NCBI RefSeq assembly: GCF_009834535.1
Contig: NC_045696.1
Coordinates: 73,596,001 to 73,660,000, forward strand
Source of the DNA: Camelus ferus
Taxonomy: Eukaryota
Length of the DNA stretch: 64,000 nucleotides
Direction: 5' to 3'
A program made the translations under genes and the position numbers. This document shows positions 61,990-64,000 of the stretch, one piece after another (position 1 is the first letter of the stretch; each line of letters begins with the position of its first letter). A model generated the notes under the pieces. It was not told where the DNA came from and searched no databases. It was given only the letters and a program-made list of their open reading frames with translations.

Positions 61990-64000
61990 GTGGCTTGATG
62001 TGTTAAGGAAAGGCTCCAAGATAACCACAGCATCTAGAAAGAAAGACATCCCAGAAAGAAGAGAGCTAGAGAGGAGTGTACCAAATTCTGTGTGTGAACT
62101 CTGCCCAAATCTCTGGCTTACTCTTGAATAATATTTGCACAGGGCAAATTCCAATCAGCCCAGAAAAGGCTAGAAGAACTGAAATAAAACTTCAGCTATT
62201 GCTCTCTATAGGAAAGACCAAATTTTCAATCTGAGCTATGCCAAACTGAAAAAACAAAAGAAATATCTTCAAAAAATGAATGATATAATAGGAGTGATGT
62301 TACCAAAAATGGCAGAGAACTCCAAAGCTCCATCCCACCATTAAAGCAATGATTAAGCTGACAAAAAAAAATGTCAAAATCAACTTTTTCAGAACTCTGG
62401 AATCTAATCAAAACCTTACAGCATCCAAGAGAACACTTAATGAGGAAAAGAACTACTGAATTTTGGTAAGAGAGGGTTGTGGCATTTTATCTTACTCACC
62501 TAAAATCTCCCACCCTCTAGCTCAGGTGGCAATCATGAAGATGGTTGTCCAGATTCCTGGTGCACTTTGATGATGTCAGAGAGAGCAATACAGACATTAT
62601 TCTCAAAAAATTGTGGCTATGTGTTTTGACCTATCCAGTGGCTCCCTGAGTGATAAGCTCAGGGACTTCTTTACTCCCTCCCTACTCCCGCACACTTTGG
62701 AGCTTTCTCAGTGATAAAGAGTGGTGGGAATATAAAATTGTGCAGCTCCTTTGGAAAATAGTTTGGGAGTTGCTCAAAAAATTAAATAAAGAATTAACAC
62801 ATAACAAAATAATTCCACTCCCACTGTATATATATATATATTTATATTTTTATATATATATAAAAAACAGGTATTCAAACAAAAACTTGTACATTAATAT
62901 TTCTAGCAGCACTATTCACAGTAGTGAAAACGTAGAAATAACCCCAATATCCAGCAACTGATGAATGGATAAACAAAATGTGTCATATCCACATAATGGA
63001 ATATTATTCAGACATAAAAAAAGAATGAAGTACTCATACATGCTACAACATGGATTCACCTTGAAAACATAATGCTAAATGAAAGAAGCTAGACACAAAA
63101 GGTCAGGTATTGTATTATTCATATTATTTATATGACATATCAAGTGTAAGAAAAACCATAGAGAAAGAATGCAGATTAGTGATTTCCAGGGGTTGGGGCC
63201 AGGGAGGAATGGGAAGTGAGTGATCAACTAGTGCTGGTTTCCTTTTGGGGTAATGAAAATGTTCTAGAACAAGACAGTGGTGATAGTTACACAATATTAT
63301 GAATGAAGTAAAAGCAAATGAACTGTACACTTTAAAATGGTTAAAATGGTGAATTGCACGGTTTATGAATTTTATCACAATTTATTAGAACTAACGAGTT
63401 AAGTAATGTTGCAGGATATAAATCAATATACAAAAATCTATTGTGTTTCTATACACTAATAACGAACTACCAGAAAGAGAAATTTTTTTTAAATCCCATT
63501 TACAATTACATCAAAAAGAATAAAATATCTAGAAGTATATTTAACCAAGGAGCTGAAAGTCCTGTATACTGAAAACTACTAGATATTAAGGAAAGAAGTG
63601 GAAGAAGACACAAATAGATTTTAAAATACCCCATGTTCATGGATCAGAATTAATACTGTTAAAATGTCCATACTACCCAAAGCAACCCCACAGATTCAGT
63701 GCAATCCCTATCAAAATTCCAATGGTATTTCTTAAGAAAATAGAAGAAACCATCTTAAAATCTATCTGAAACCACAAAAGACTACAAACAGCCAAAGCAA
63801 TCTTGAGAAAAACAAAGCTGTAAGCATCCCATTTCCTGATTTCAAGCTATATTATAAAGCTTATATTTAATAACAATAATTAAAACAGTATATGGTATTG
63901 GCATAAAAATAGACACAGATCAAAGGAGCAGAACAGAGAATCCAAAAATAAACCTATACATGTATGGTCCATTAATTTACAACAAAGGAGCCAAGAATAT
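61990..64000 (+). mobile_element. Composite of old L1 pieces (5' ends 61990-62710, L1MB 3' end 62715-63385, ORF2 fragment to window end)
   Basis: aaaatcaactttttcagaactctggaa; ggtgggaatataaaat..aatgttctagaac; gttgcaggatataaatcaatatacaaaaatc. Confidence 0.85.

Overview
This is AT-rich, repeat-dense mammalian genomic DNA. It is almost certainly camelid (camel/alpaca/llama), based on a Vic-1-type tRNA-derived SINE with a perfect 16-bp target-site duplication (TSD) at 30390-30516. I found no intact protein-coding gene; nearly all listed ORFs are L1 fragments, antisense shadows or chance. The most interesting signal is a chain of about 8 splice-site-flanked, stop/frameshift-damaged segments on the minus strand (about 24045 down to 1763). 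By eye their translations resemble the multi-RGS-domain testis/cilia proteins RGSL1 and RGS22, suggesting a dead, distant paralogue (unitary pseudogene). Other notable items: an ORF1-only 'half-L1' with TSDs, an L1 carrying an apparent 3' transduction, very old Ty3/Gypsy pol remnants, a scrambled ND5-like NUMT, a 28S rRNA fragment, an unidentified ~860-bp retrocopy, a three-level L1 nest, and a ~5-kb transposon-poor block (44-49 kb) with candidate cassette exons. All family assignments come from recalled consensus or protein sequences, not from searches. Boundaries of old repeats are approximate.
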